From assembly GCF_044704955.1 (NCBI RefSeq), contig NC_091995.1, positions 56,544,001 to 56,608,000 of the forward strand: DNA of 64,000 bases, in the 5' to 3' direction. Source of the DNA: Pristiophorus japonicus. Lineage: Eukaryota. Each line of letters opens with the position of its first letter. Positions within the stretch are counted from its first letter, which is position 1. The notes beneath the pieces were generated by a model. That model was not told the origin of the DNA. It searched no databases and worked only from the letters and a program-made list of their open reading frames with translations. Shown here piece after piece: positions 1-15,000 of this stretch. A program made the position numbers and the translations under genes.

Positions 1-3000
1 CACTGCTGGGGGAGTGTAGGCCCAATCATTGCTGGGGGAGTGTAGGCCCGATCACTGCTGGGGTAGTGTAGGCCTGATCGCTGCTGGGGAGTGGAGGCCC
101 AATCACTGCTGGGGGAGTGTAGGCCCGATCACTGCTGGGGGAGTGTAGGCCCGATCACTGCTGGGGGAGTGTAGGCCCGATCACTGCTGGGGGAGTGTAG
201 GCCCGATCACTGCTGCGGGAGTGTAGGCCCGATCACTGCTGGGGGAGTGTAGTCCCAATCATTGCTGGGGGAGTGTAGGCCTGATCACCGCTGGGGGAGT
301 GTAGGCCCAATCATTGCTGGGGGAGTGTAGGCCCAATCGCCGCTGGGGGAGTGTAGGCCGATCAATGCTGGGGGAGTGTAGGCCCAATCGCTGCTGGTGG
401 AGTGTAGGCCCGATCTCTGCTGGAGGAGTGTAGGCCCGATCACTGCTGGGGGAGTGTAGGCCCGATCACTGCTGGGGGAGTGTAGGCCCGATCACTGCTG
501 GGGGAGTGTAGGCCCGATCACTGCTGGGGGAGTGTAGGCCCGATCACTGCTGGGGGAGTGTAGGCCCGATCACTGCTGGGGGAGTGTAGGCCCAATCGTT
601 GCTGGGGGAGTGTAGGCCCAATCACTGCTGGGGGAGTGTAGGCCCGATCACCGCTGGGGGAGTGTAGGCCCAATCACTGCTGGGGGAGGGTAGGCCCAAT
701 CGCCGCTGGGGGTGTGTAGGCCCAATCGCCGCTGGGGGAGTGTAGGCCCGATCACTGCTGGGGGAGTGTCGGCCCAATCGCCGCTGGGGGAGTGTAGGCC
801 CGATCACCGCTGGGGGAGTGTAGGCCCAATCGTTGCTGGGGGAGTGTAGGCCCAATCACCGCTGGTGGAGTGTAGGCCCAATCGTTGCTGGGGGAGTGTA
901 GTCCCAATCACCGCTGGGGAAGTGTAGGCCCAATCGCCGCTGGGGGAGTGTAGGCCCAATCGTTGCTGGGGGAGTGTAGGCCCGATCCCTGCTGGGGGAG
1001 TGTCGGCCCGATCGCTGCTGGGGGAGTGTAGGCCCAATCGCTGCTGGGGGAGTGTCGGCCCGATCATTGCTGGGGGAGTGTAGGCCCAATCGTTGCTGGG
1101 GGAGTGTAGGCCCGATCACTGCTGGGGGAGTGTAGGCCTGATCGCTGCTGGGGAGTGGAGGCCCAATCACTGCTGGGGGAGTGTAAGCCCGATCACTGCT
1201 GGGGGAGTGTAGGCCCGATCACTGCTGGGGAAGTGTAGGCCCGATCACTGCTGGGGGAGTGTAGGCCCGATCACTGCTGCGGGAGTGTAGGCCCGATCAC
1301 TGCTGGGGGAGTGTAGGCCCAATCATTGCTGGGGGAGTGTAGGCCCAATCGCTGCTGGGGGAGTGTAGGCCCGATCACCGCTGGGGGAGTGTAGGCCCAA
1401 TCACTGCTGGGGGAGTGTAGGCCCAATCGCCGCTGGGGGAGTGTAGGCCCGATCGCTGCTGGGGGAGTGTAGGCCCAATCACTGCTGGGGGAGTGTAGGC
1501 CCAATCACTGCTGGGGGAGTGTAGGCCCGATCACCGCTGGGGGAGTGTAGGCCCAATCGCCGCTGGGGGAGTGTAGGCCCGATCACCGCTGGGGGAGTGT
1601 AGGCCCAATCGTTGCTGGGGGAGTGTATGCCCGATCACCGCTGGGGGAGTGTAGGCCCAATCGCCGCTGGGGGAGTGTAGGCCCAATCGTTGCTGGGGGA
1701 GTGTAGGCCCGATCACCTCTGGGGGAGTGTAGGCCCGATCGCCGCTGGGGGAGTGTAGGCCCGATCACCGCTGGTGGAGTGTAGGCCCAATCGTTGCTGG
1801 GGGAGTGTAGGCCCAATCACCGCTGGGGGAGTGTAGGCCCAATCGCCGCTGGGGGAGTGTAGGCCCAATCGTTGCTGGGGGAGTGTAGGCCCGATCCCTG
1901 CTGGGGGAGTGTCGGCCCGATCGCTGCTGGGGGAGTGTAGGCCCAATCGCTGCTGGGGGAGTGTAGGCCCAATCGCTGCTGGGAGAGTGCAGGCCCAATC
2001 GCTGCTGGGGGAGTGTAGGCCCAATCGCTGCTGGGGGAGTGTAGGCCCAATCACTGCTGGGGGAGTGTAGGCCCAATCACTGCTGGGGGAGTGTAGGCCC
2101 AATCACTGCTGGGGGAGTGTAGGCCCAATCACTGCTGGGGGAGTGTAGGCCCAATCACTGCTGGGGGAGTGTAGGCCCAATCACTGCTGGGGGAGTGTAG
2201 GCCCAATCACTGCTGGGGGAGTGTAGGCCCAATCACTGCTGGGGGAGTGTAGGCCCAATCACTGCTGGGAGAGTGTAGGCCCAATCACTGCTGGGGGAGT
2301 GCATGCCTGATCGCTGCTGGGGGAGTGTAGGCCCGATCACTGCTGGGGGAGTGTAGGCCCAATCACTGCTGGAGGAGTGTAGGCCCAATCGTTGCTGGGG
2401 GAGTGTAGGCCCAATCACTGCTGGGTGAGTGTAGGCCCGATCACTGCTGGGGGAGTGTAGGCCCGATCACTGCTGGGGGAGTGTAGGCCCGATTGCTGCT
2501 GGGGAGTGTAGGCCCAATCACTGCTGGGGGATTGTAGGCCCGATCACTGCTGGGGGAGTGTAGGCCCGATCACTGCTGGGGGAGTGTAGGCCCGATCACT
2601 ACTGGGGGAGTGTAGGCCCGATCACTGCCGGGGGAGTGTAGGCCCAATCGTTGCTGGGGGAGTGTAGGCCCAATCGCTGCTGGGGTAGTGTAGGCCCGAT
2701 CACCGCTGGGGGAGTGTAGGCCTAATCACTGCTGGGGGAGTGTAGGCCCAATCGCCGCTGGGGGAGTGTAGGCCCGATCACTGCTGGGGGAGTGTAGGCC
2801 CAATCACTGCTGGGGGAGTGTAGGCCCAATCGCTGCTGGGGAAGTGTAGGCCCGATCACTGCTGGGGGAGTGTAGGCCCAATCGTTGCTGGGGGAGTGTA
2901 GGCCCAATCACTGCTGGGGGAGTGTATGCCCAATCACTGCTGGGGGAGTGTAGGCCCAATCACTGCTGGGGGAGTGTAGGCCCAATCACTGCTGGGGGAG

Positions 3001-6000
3001 TGTAGGCCCAATCACTGCTGGGGGAGTGTCGGCCCAATCACTGCTGGGGGAGTGTCGGCCCAATCACTGCTGGGGGAGTGTAGGCCTGATCGCTGCTGAG
3101 GGAGTGTAGGCCCGATCACTGCTGGGGGAGTGTAGGCCCAATCTCTGCTGGAGGAGTGTAGGCCCAATCGTTGCTGGGGGAGTGTAGGCCCGATCACTGC
3201 TGGGGGAGTGTAGGCCCAATCGCTGCTGGGGGAGTGTAGTCCCGATCACTGCTGGGGGAGTGTAGGCCCGATCACTGCTGGGGGAGTGTAGGCCCGATCA
3301 CTGCTGGGGGAGTGTAGGCCCGATCACTGCTGGGGGAGTGTAGGCCCGATCACTGCTGGGGGAGTGTAGGCCCGATCACTGCTGGGGGAGTGTAGGCCCA
3401 ATCATTGCTGGGGTAGTGTAGGCCCGATCACTGCTGGGGGAGTGTAGGCCTGATCGCTGCTGGGGAGTGTAGGCCCAATCGTTGCTGGGGGAGTGTAGGC
3501 CCAATCGCTGCTGGGGGAGTGTAGGCCCGATCACCGCTGGGGGAGTGTAGGCCCAATCACTGCTGGGGGAGTGTAGGCCCAATCGCCGCTGGGGGAGTGT
3601 AGGCCCGATCACTGCTGGGGGAGTGTAGGCCCAATCGCCGCTGGGGGAGTGTAGGCCCGATCAACGCTGGGGGAGTGTAGGCCCAATCGTTTCTGGGGGA
3701 GTGTAGGCCCGATCACCGCTGGGGGAGTGTAGGCCCAATCGTTGCTGGGGGAGTGTAGGCCCAATCGCCACTGGGGGAGTGTAGGCCCAATCGTTGCTGG
3801 GGGAGTGTAGACCCGATCGCCGCTGGGGGAGTGTAGGCCCGATCACTGCTGGGGGAGTGTAGGCCCGATCACTGCTGGGGGAGTGTAGGCCCGATCACTG
3901 CTGGGGGAGTGTAGGCCCGATCACTGCTGGGGGAGTGTAGGCCCGATCGCTGCTGGGGGAGTGTAGGCCCGATCACTGCTGGGGGAGTGTAGGCCCGATC
4001 GTTGCTGGGGGAGTGTAGGCCCGATCACTGCTGGGGGAGTGTAGGCCTGATCGCTGCTGGGGAGTGGAGGCCCAATCACTGCTGGGGGAGTCTAGGCCCG
4101 ATCACTGCTGGGGGAGTGTAGGCCCGATCACTGCTGGGGGAGTGTAGGCCCGATCACTGCTGGGGGAGTGTAGGCCCGATCACTGCTGCGGGAGTGTAGG
4201 CCCGATCACTGCTGGGGGAGTGTAGGCCCAATCATTGCTGGGGGAGTGTAGGCCCAATCGCTGCTGGGGGAGTGTAGGCCCGATCACCGCTGGGGGAGTG
4301 TAGGCCCAATCACTGCTGGGGGAGTGTAGGCCCAATCGCCGCTGGGGGAGTGTAGGCCCAATCGCCGCTGGGGGAGTGTAGGCCCGATCACCGCTGGGGG
4401 AGTGTAGGCCCAATCGTTGCTGGGGGAGTTTAGGCCCAATCACCGCTGGGGGAGTGTAGGTTCAATCGCCGCTGGGGGAGTGTAGGCCCAATCGTTGCTG
4501 GGGGAGTGTAGGCCTGATCACCGCTAGGGGTGTGTAGGCCCGATCGCCGCTGGGGGAGTGTAGGCCCGATCACCGCTGGGGGAGTGTAGGCCCAATCGTT
4601 GCTGGGGGAGTGTAGGCCCAATCACCGCTGGGGGAGTGTAGGCCTGATCGCTGCTGGGGAGTGTAGGCCCAATCACTGCTGTGGGAGTGTAGGCCCGATC
4701 ACTGCTGGGGGAGTGTAGGCCCGATCACTGCTGGGGGAGTGTAGGCCCGATCACTGCTGGGGGAGTGTATGTCCGATCACTGCTGGGGGAGTGTAGGCCC
4801 AATCGTTGCTGGGGGAGTGTAGGCCCAATCACTGCTGGGGGAGTGTAGGCCCGATCACCGCTGGGGGAGTGTAGGCCCAATCACTGCTGGGGGAGTGTAG
4901 GCCCAATCGCCGCTGGGGGAGTGTAGGCCCGATCACTGCTGGGGGAGTGTAGGCCCAATCGCCGCTGGGGGAGTGTAGGCCCGATCACCGCTGGGGGAGT
5001 GTAGGCCCAATCGTTGCTGGGGGAGTGTAGGCCCAATCACCGCTGGGGGAGTGTAGGCCCAATCGCCGCTGGGGGAGTGTAGGCCCAATCGTTGCTGGGA
5101 GAGTGCAGGCCCAATCACCGCTGGGGGAGTGTAGGCCCGATCACTGCTGGGGGAGTGTAGGCCCAATCGCTGCTGGGGGAGCGTAGGCCCAATCGTTGCT
5201 GGGGGAGTGTAGACCCAATCGCTGCTGGGGGAGTGTCGGCCCAATCACTGCTGGGGGAGTGTAGGCCTGATCGCTGCTGAGGGAGTGTAGGCCCAATCAC
5301 TGCTGGGGGAGTGTAGGCCTGATCGCTGCTGAGGGAGTGTAGGCCCAATCGTTGCTTGGGGAGTGTAGGCCCGATCACTGCTGGGGGAGTGTAGGCCCAA
5401 TCGCTGCTGGGGGAGTGTAGGCCCGATCACTGCTGGGGGAGTGTAGGCCCGATCACTGCTGGGGGAGTGTAGGCCCGATCACTGCTGGGGGAGTGTAGGC
5501 CCGATCACTGCTGTGGGAGTGTAGGCCCGATCACTGCTGGGGGAGTGTAGGCCCGATCACTGCTGGGGGAGTGTAGGCCTGATCGCTGCTGGGGAGTGTA
5601 GGCCCAATCACTGCTGGGGGAGTGTAGGCCCGATCACCGCTGGGGGAGTGTAGGCCCAATCACTGCTGGGGGAGTGTAGGCCCAATCGCCGCTGGGGAGT
5701 GTAGGCCCGATCACCGCTGGGGGAGTGTAGGCCCGATCACTGCTGGGGGAGTGTTGGCCCGATCACTGCTGGGGGAGTGTAGGCCCGATCACTGCTGGGG
5801 GAGTGTAGGCCCGATCACTGCTGGAGGAGTGTAGGCCCAATCGTTGCTGGGGGAGTGTAGGCCCGATCACTGCTGGGGGAGTGTAGGCCCAATCGCTGCT
5901 GGGGGAGTGTAGGCCCGATCACTGCTGGGGGAGTGTAGGCCCGATCACTGCTGGGGGAGTGTAGGCCCGATCACTTCTGGGGGAGTGTAGGCCCGATCAC

Positions 6001-9000
6001 TGCTGGGGGAGTGTAGGCCCGATCACTGCTGGGGGAGTGTAGGCCCGATCACTGCTGGGGGAGTGTAGGCCCGATCACTGCTGGGGGAGTGTAGGCCCTA
6101 TCATTGCTGGGGGAGTGTAGGCCCGATCACTGCTGGGGGAGTGTAGGCCTGATCGCTGCTGGGGAGTGTAGGCCCAATCGTTGCTGGGGGAGTGTAGGCC
6201 CAATCGCTGCTGGGGGAGTGTAGGCCCGATCACCGCTGGGGGAGTGTAGGCCCAATCACTGCTGGGGGAGTGTAGGCCCAATCACCGCTGGGGGAGTGTA
6301 GGCCCGATCACTGCTGGGGGAGTGTAGGCCCGATCACTGCTGGGGGAGTGTAGGCCCGATCACTGCTGCGGGAGTGTAGGCCCGATCACTGCTGGGGGAG
6401 TGTAGGCCCAATCATTGCTGGGGGAGTGTAGGCCCAATCGCTGCTGGGGGAGTGTAGGCCCGATCACCGCTGGGGGAGTGTAGGCCCAATCACTGCTGGG
6501 GGAGTGTAGGCCCAATCGCCGCTGGGGGAGTGTAGGCCCGATCGCTGCTGGGGGAGTGTAGGCCCAATCACTGCTGGGGGAGTGTAGGCCCAATCACTGC
6601 TGGGGGAGTGTAGGCCCGATCACCGCTGGGGGAGTGTAGGCCCAATCGCCGCTGGGGGAGTGTAGGCCCGATCACCGCTGGGGGAGTGTAGGCCCAATCG
6701 TTGCTGGGGGAGTGTATGCCCGATCACCGCTGGGGGAGTGTAGGCCCAATCGCCGCTGGGGGAGTGTAGGCCCAATCGTTGCTGGGGGAGTGTAGGCCCG
6801 ATCACCGCTGGGGGAGTGTAGGCCCGATCGCCGCTGGGGGAGTGTAGGCCCGATCACCGCTGGTGGAGTGTAGGCCCAATCGTTGCTGGGGGAGTGTAGG
6901 CCCAATCACCGCTGGGGGAGTGTAGGCCCAATCGCCGCTGGGGGAGTGTAGGCCCAATCGTTGCTGGGGGAGTGTAGGCCCGATCCCTGCTGGGGGAGTG
7001 TCGGCCCGATCGCTGCTGGGGGAGTGTAGGCCCAATCGCTGCTGGGGGAGTGTAGGCCCAATCGCTGCTGGGAGAGTGCAGGCCCAATCGCTGCTGGGGG
7101 AGTGTAGGCCCAATCACTGCTGGGGGAGTGTAGGCCCAATCACTGCTGGGGGAGTGTAGGCCCAATCACTGCTGGGGGAGTGTAGGCCCAATCACTGCTG
7201 GGGGAGTGTAGGCCCAATCACTGCTGGGGGAGTGTAGGCCCAATCACTGCTGGGGGAGTGTAGGCCCAATCACTGCTGGGGGAGTGTAGGCCCAATCACT
7301 GCTGGGGGAGTGTAGGCCCAATCACTGCTGGGGGAGTGTAGGCCCAATCACTGCTGGGAGAGTGTAGGCCCAATCACTGCTGGAGGAGTGTAGGCCCAAT
7401 CGTTGCTGGGGGAGTGTAGGCCCAATCACTGCTGGGTGAGTGTAGGCCCGATCACTGCTGGGGGAGTGTAGGCCCGATCACTGCTGGGGGAGTGTAGGCC
7501 CGATTGCTGCTGGGGAGTGTAGGCCCGATCACTGCTGGGGGATTGTAGGCCCGATCACTGCTGGGGGAGTGTAGGCCCGATCACTGCTGGGGGAGTGTAG
7601 GCCCGATCACTACTGGGGGAGTGTAGGCCCGATCACTGCCGGGGGAGTGTAGGCCCGATCGTTGCTGGGGGAGTGTAGGCCCAATCGCTGCTGGGGTAGT
7701 GTAGGCCCGATCACCGCTGGGGGAGTGTAGGCCTAATCACTGCTGGGGGAGTGTAGGCCCAATCGCCGCTGGGGGAGTGTAGGCCCGATCACTGCTGGGG
7801 GAGTGTAGGCCCAATCACTGCTGGGGGAGTGTAGGCCCAATCGCTGCTGGGGGAGTGTAGGCCCGATCACTGCTGGGGGAGTGTAGGCCCAATCGTTGCT
7901 GGGGGAGTGTAGGCCCAATCACTGCTGGGGGAGTGTATGCCCAATCACTGCTGGGGGAGTGTAGGCCCAATCACTGCTGGGGGAGTGTAGGCCCAATCAC
8001 TGCTGGGGGAGTGTAGGCCCAATCACTGCTGGGGGAGTGTCGGCCCAATCACTGCTGGGGGAGTGTCGGCCCAATCACTGCTGGGGGAGTGTAGGCCTGA
8101 TCGCTGCTGAGGGAGTGTAGGCCCGATCACTGCTGGGGGAGTGTAGGCCCAATCTCTGCTGGAGGAGTGTAGGCCCAATCGTTGCTGGGGGAGTGTAGGC
8201 CCGATCACTGCTGGGGGAGTGTAGGCCCAATCGCTGCTGGGGGAGTGCAGTCCCGATCACTGCTGGGGGAGTGTAGGCCCGATCACTGCTGGGGGAGTGT
8301 AGGCCCGATCACTGCTGGGGGAGTGTAGGCCCGATCACTGCTGGGGGAGTGTAGGCCCAATCATTGCTGGGCTAGTGTAGGCCCAATCGTTTCTGGGGGA
8401 GTGTAGGCCCGATCACCGCTGGGGGAGTGTAGGCCCAATCGTTGCTGGGGGAGTGTAGGCCCAATCGCCACTGGGGGAGTGTAGGCCCAATCGTTGCTGG
8501 GGGAGTGTAGACCCGATCGCCGCTGGGGGAGTGTAGGCCCGATCACTGCTGGGAGAGTGTCGGCCCGATCACTGCTGGGGGAGTGTAGGCCCGATCACTG
8601 CTGGGGGAGTGTAGGCCCGATCACTGCTGGGGGAGTGTAGGCCCGATCGCTGCTGGGGGAGTGTAGGCCCGATCACTGCTGGGGGAGTGAAGGCCCGATC
8701 GTTGCTGGGGGAGTGTAGGCCCGATCACTGCTGGGGGAGTGTAGGCCTGATCGCTGCTGGGGAGTGGAGGCCCAATCACTGCTGGGGGAGTCTAGGCCCG
8801 ATCACTGCTGGGGGAGTGTAGGCCCGATCACTGCTGGGGGAGTGTAGGCCCGATCACTGCTGGGGGAGTGTAGGCCCGATCACTGCTGCGGGAGTGTAGG
8901 CCCGATCACTGCTGGGGGAGTGTAGGCCCAATCATTGCTGGGGGAGTGTAGGCCCAATCGCTGCTGGGGGAGTGTAGGCCCGATCACCGCTGGGGGAGTG

Positions 9001-12000
9001 TAGGCCCAATCACTGCTGGGGGAGTGTAGGCCCAATCGCCGCTGGGGGAGTGTAGGCCCGATCGCTGCTGGGGGAGTGTAGGCCCAATCGCCGCTGGGGG
9101 AGTGTAGGCCCGATCACCGCTGGGGGAGTGTAGGCCCAATCGTTGCTGGGGGAGTTTAGGCCCAATCACCGCTGGGGGAGTGTAGGTTCAATCGCCGCTG
9201 GTGGAGTGTAGGCCCAATCGTTGCTGGGGGAGTGTAGGCCTGATCACCGCTAAGGGTGTGTAGGCCCAATCGCCGCTGGGGGAGTGTAGGCCCGATCACC
9301 GCTGGGGGAGTGTAGGCCCAATCGTTGCTGGGGGAGTGTAGGCCCAATCACCGCTGGGGGAGTGTAGGCCTGATCGCTGCTGGGGAGTGTAGGCCCAATC
9401 ACTGCTGTGGGAGTGTAGGCCCGATCACTGCTGGGGGAGTGTAGGCCCGATCACTGCTGGGGGAGTGTAGGCCCGATCACTGCTGGGGGAGTGTAGGTCC
9501 GATCACTGCTGGGGGAGTGTAGGCCCAATCGTTGCTGGGGGAGTGTAGGCCCAATCACTGCTGGGGGAGTGTAGGCCCGATCACCGCTGGGGGAGTGTAG
9601 GCCCAATCACTGCTGGGGGAGTGTAGGCCCAATCGCCGCTGGGGGAGTGTAGGCCCGATCACTGCTGGGGGAGTGTAGGCCCAATCGCCGCTGGGGGAGT
9701 GTAGGCCCGATCACCGCTGGGGGAGTGTAGGCCCAATCGTTGCTGGGGGAGTGTAGGCCCAATCACCGCTGGGGGAGTGTAGGCCCAATCGCCGCTGGTG
9801 GAGTGTAGGCCCAATCGTTGCTGGGAGAGTGTAGGCCCAATCACCGCTGGGGGAGTGTAGGCCCGATCACTGCTGGGGAAGTGTAGGCCCAATCGCTGCT
9901 GGGGGAGCGTAGGCCCGATCACTGCTGTGGGAGTGTAGGCCTGATCGCTGCTGGGGAGTGTAGGCCCAATCACTGCTGGGGGAGTGTAGGCCCGATCACC
10001 GCTGGGGGAGTGTCGGCCCAATCGTTGCTGGGGGAGTGTAGTCCCAATCGCTGCTGGGGGAGTGTCGGCCCAATCACTGCTGGGGGAGTGTAGGCCTGAT
10101 CGCTGCTGAGGGAGTGTAGGCCCAATCACTGCTGGGGGAGTGTAGGCCTGATTGCTGCTGAGGGAGTGTAGGCCCAATCGTTGCTTGGGGAGTGTAGGCC
10201 CGATCACTGCTGGGGGAGTGTAGGCCCAATCGCTGCTGGGGGAGTGTAGGCCCGATCACTGCTGGGGGAGTGTAGGCCCGATCACTGCTGGGGGAGTGTA
10301 GGCCCGATCACTGCTGGGGGAGTGTAGGCCCGATCACTGCTGTGGGAGTGTCGGCCCGATCACTGCTGGGGGAGTGTAGGCCCGATCACTGCTGGGGGAG
10401 TGTAGGCCTGATCGCTGCTGGGGAGTGTAGGCCCAATCACTGCTGGGGGAGTGTAGGCCCGATCACCGCTGGGGGAGTGTCGGCCCAATCACTGCTGGGG
10501 GAGTGTAGGCCCAATCGCCGCTGGGGAGTGTAGGCCCGATCACCGCTGGGGGAGTGTAGGCCCGATCACTGCTGGGGGAGTGTAGGCCCGATCACTGCTG
10601 GGGGAGTGTAGGCCCGATCACTGCTGGGGGAGTGTAGGCCCGATCACTGCTGGAGGAGTGTAGGCCCAATCGTTGCTGGGGGAGTGTAGGCCCGATCACT
10701 GCTGGGGGAGTGTAGGCCCAATCGCTGCTGGGGGAGTGTAGGCCCGATCACTGCTGGGGGAGTGTAGGCCCGATCACTGCTGGGGGAGTGTAGGCCCGAT
10801 CACTTCTGGGGGAGTGTAGGCCCGATCACTGCTGGGGGAGTGTAGGCCCGATCACTGCTGGGGGAGTGTAGGCCCGATCACTGCTGGGGGAGTGTAGGCC
10901 CGATCACTGCTGGGGGAGTGTAGGCCCTATCATTGCTGGGGGAGTGTAGGCCCGATCACTGCTGGGGGAGTGTAGGCCTGATCGCTGCTGGGGAGTGTAG
11001 GCCCAATCGTTGCTGGGGGAGTGTAGGCCCAATCGCTGCTGGGGGAGTGTAGGCCCGATCACCGCTGGGGGAGTGTAGGCCCAATCACTTCTGGGGGAGT
11101 GTAGGCCCGATCACTGCTGGGGGAGTGTAGGCCCGATCACTGCTGGGGGAGTGTAGGCCCGATCACTGCTGGGGGAGTGTAGGCCCGATCACTGCTGGGG
11201 GAGTGTAGGCCCTATCATTGCTGGGGGAGTGTAGGCCCGATCACTGCTGGGGGAGTGTAGGCCTGATCGCTGCTGGGGAGTGTAGGCCCAATCGTTGCTG
11301 GGGGAGTGTAGGCCCAATCGCTGCTGGGGGAGTGTAGGCCCGATCACCGCTGGGGGAGTGTAGGCCCAATCACTGCTGGGGGAGTGTAGGCCCAATCACC
11401 GCTGGGGGAGTGTCGGCCCAATCACTGCTGGGGGAGTGTAGGCCCATTCGCCGCTGGGGGAGTGTAGGCCCGATCACTGCTGGAGGAGTGTAGGTCCAAT
11501 CGTTGCTGGGGGAGTGTAGGCCCGATCACTGCTGGGGGAGTGTAGGCCCGATCACTGCTGGGGGAGTGTAGGCCCAATCATTGCTGGGGGAGTGTAGGCC
11601 CAATCGCTGCTGGGGGAGTGTAGGCCCGATCACCGCTGGGGGAGTGTAGGCCCAATCACTGCTGGGGGAATGTAGGCCCAATCGCCGCTGGGGGAGTGTA
11701 GGCCCGATCACTGCTGGGGGAGTGTAGGCCCAATCGGCGCTGGGGGAGTGTAGGCCCGATCACCGCTGGGGGAGTGTAGGCCCAATCGTTGCTGGGAAGT
11801 GTAGGCCCAATCACTGCTGGGGGAGTGTAGGCCCGATCACTGCTGGGGGAGTGTAGGCCCGATCACTGCTGGGGGAGTGTAGGCCCGATCACTGCTGGGG
11901 GAGTGTAGGCCCGATCACCGCTGGGGGATTGTAGGCCCAATCGCCGCTGGGGGAGTGTAGGCCCAATCATTGCTGGGGGAGTGTAGGCCCGATCACCGCT

Positions 12001-15000
12001 GGGGGAGTGTAGGCCCTATCGCCGCTGGGGGAGTGTAGGCCCGATCACCGCTGGGGGAGTGTAGGCCCAATCGTTGCTGGGGGAGTGTAGGCCCAATTAC
12101 CGCTGGGGGAGTGTAGGCCCGATCACTGCTGGAGGAGTGTAGGCCCAATCATTGCTGGGGGAGTGTAGGCCCAATCGCTGCTGGGGGAGTGTAGGCCCGA
12201 TCACTGCTGGGGGAGTGTAGGCTCGATCACTGCTGGGGGAGTGTAGGCCCGATCACTGCTGGGGGAGTGTAGGCCCTATCATTGCTGGGGGAGTGTTGGC
12301 CCGATCACTGCTGGGGGAGTGTAGGCCTGATCGCTGCTGGGGAGTGTAGGCCCAATCGTTGCTGGGGGAGTGTAGGCCCAATCGCTGCTGGGGGAGTGTA
12401 GGCCCGATCACCGCTGGGGGAGTGTAGGCCCAATCACTGCTGGGGGAGTGTAGGCCCGATCGCCGCTGGGGGAGTGTAGGCCCAATCGCTGCTGGGGGAG
12501 TGTAGGCCCAATCGCCGCTGGGGGAGTGTAGGCCCGATCACTGCTGGAGGAGTGTAGGCCCAATCGTTGCTGGGGGAGTGTAGGCCCGATCACTGCTGGG
12601 GGAGTGTAGGCCCGATCACTGCTGGGGAAGTGTAGGCCCAATCATTGCTGGGGGAGTGTCGGCCCAATCGCTGCTGGGGGCGTGTAGGCCCGATCACCGC
12701 TGGGGGAGTGTAGGCCCAATCACTGCTGGGGGAATGTAGGCCCAATCGCCGCTGGGGGAGTGTAGGCCCGATCACTGCTGGGGGAGTGTAGGCCCAATCG
12801 CCGCTGGGGGAGTGTAGGCCCGATCACCGCTGGGGGAGTGTAGGCCCAATCGTTGCTGGGGGAGTGTAGGCCCAATCACCGCTGGGGGAGTGTAGGCCCA
12901 ATCGCCGCTGGGGGAGTGTAGGCCCAATCGTTGCTGGGGGAGTGTAGGCCCGATCACCGCTAGGGGAGTGTAGGCCCAATCGCCGCTGGGGGAGTGTAGG
13001 CCCGATAACCGCTGGGGGAGTGTAGGCCCGATCGTTGCTGGGGAGTGTAGGCCCAATCACCGCTGGGGGAGTGTAGGCCTGATCGCTGCTGGGAAGTGTA
13101 GGCCCAATCACTGCTGGGGGAGTGTAGGCCCGATCACTGCTGGGGGAGTGTAGGCCCGATCACTGATAGGGGAGTGTAGGCCCGATCACTGCTGGGGGAG
13201 TGTAGGCCCGATCACCGCTGGGGGAGTGTAGGCCCAATCGCCGCTGGTGGAGTGTAGGCCCGATCACCGCTGGGGGAGTGTAGGCCCAATCGTTGCTGGG
13301 GGAGTGTAGGCCCAATCACCGCTGGGGGAGTGTAGGCCCAATCGCTGCTGGGGGAGTGTAGGCCCAATCATTGCTAGGGGAGTGTAGGCCCAATCGCCGC
13401 TGGGGGAGTGTAGGCCCGATCACTGCTGGGGGAGTGTAGGCCCAATCGCTGCTGGGGGAGTGTAGGCCCAATCGTTGCTGGGGGAGTGTAGGCCCAATCG
13501 CTGCTGGGGGAGTGTAGGCCTGGTCGCCACTGGGGGAGTGTAGGCCCGGTCGCCGCTGGAGGAGTGTAGGCCCAATCGCCGCTGGAGGAGTGTAGGCCCA
13601 ATCGCTGCTGGGGGAGTGTAGGCCTGAGCGCTGCTGGGGGAGTGTAGGTCCAATCACTGCTGGGGGAGTGTAGGCCCAATCACTGCTGGGGGAGTGTAGG
13701 CCCGGTCGCCGCTGGAGGAGTGTAGGCCCAATCGCCGCTGGAGGAGTGTAGGCCCAATCGCTGCTGGGGGAGTGTAGGCCCAATCATTGCTGGGGGAGTG
13801 TAGGCCCAATCACTGCTGGGGGAGTGTAGGCCCAATCGCCGCTGGGGGAGTGTAGGCCCGATCACCGCTGGGGGAGTGTAGGCCCAATCATTGCTGGGGG
13901 AGTGTAGGCCCGATCACCGCTGGAGGAGTGTAGGCCCAATCGTTGCTGGGGGAGTGTAGGCCCGATCACTGCTGGGGGAGTGTAGGCCCGATCACTGCTG
14001 GGGGAGTGTAGGCCCGATCACTGCTGGGGGAGTGTAGGCCCGATCACTGCTGGGGGAGTGTAGGCCCGATCACCGCTGGGGGAGTGTAGGCCCAATCGCC
14101 GCTGGGGGAGTGTAGGCCCAATCATTGCTGGGGGAGTGTAGGCCCGATCACCGCTGGGGGAGTGTAGGCCCAATCGCCGCTGGGGGAGTGTAGGCCCGAT
14201 CACCGCTGGGGGAGTGTAGGCCCAATCGTTGCTGGGGGAGTGTAGGCCCAATTACCGCTGGGGGAGTGTAGGCCCGATCACTGCTGGAGGAGTGTAGGCC
14301 CAATCATTGCTGGGGGAGTGTAGGCCCAATCGCTGCTGGGGGAGTGTAGGCCCGATCACTGCTGGGGGAGTGTAGGCTCGATCACTGCTGGGGGAGTGTA
14401 GGCCCGATCACTGCTGGGGGAGTGTAGGCCCTATCATTGCTGGGGGAGTGTTGGCCCGATCACTGCTGGGGGAGTGTAGGCCTGATCGCTGCTGGGGAGT
14501 GTAGGCCCAATCGTTGCTGGGGGAGTGTAGGCCCAATCGCTGCTGGGGGAGTGTAGGCCCAATCATTGCTGGGGGAGTGTAGGCCCAATCGCTGCTGGGG
14601 GAGTGTAGGCCCGATCACCGCTGGGGGAGTGTAGGCCCGATCACTGCTGGAGGAGTGTAGGCCCAATCATTGCTGGGGGAGTGTAGGCCCAATCGCTGCT
14701 GGGGGAGTGTAGGCCCGATCACTGCTGGGGGAGTGTAGGCTCGATCACTGCTGGGGGAGTGTAGGCCCGATCACTGCTGGGGGAGTGTAGGCCCTATCAT
14801 TGCTGGGGGAGTGTTGGCCCGATCACTGCTGGGGGAGTGTAGGCCTGATCGCTGCTGGGGAGTGTAGGCCCAATCGTTGCTGGGGGAGTGTAGGCCCAAT
14901 CGCTGCTGGGGGAGTGTAGGCCCGATCACCGCTGGGGGAGTGTAGGCCCAATCACTGCTGGGGGAGTGTAGGCCCAATCGCCGCTGGGGGAGTGTAGGCC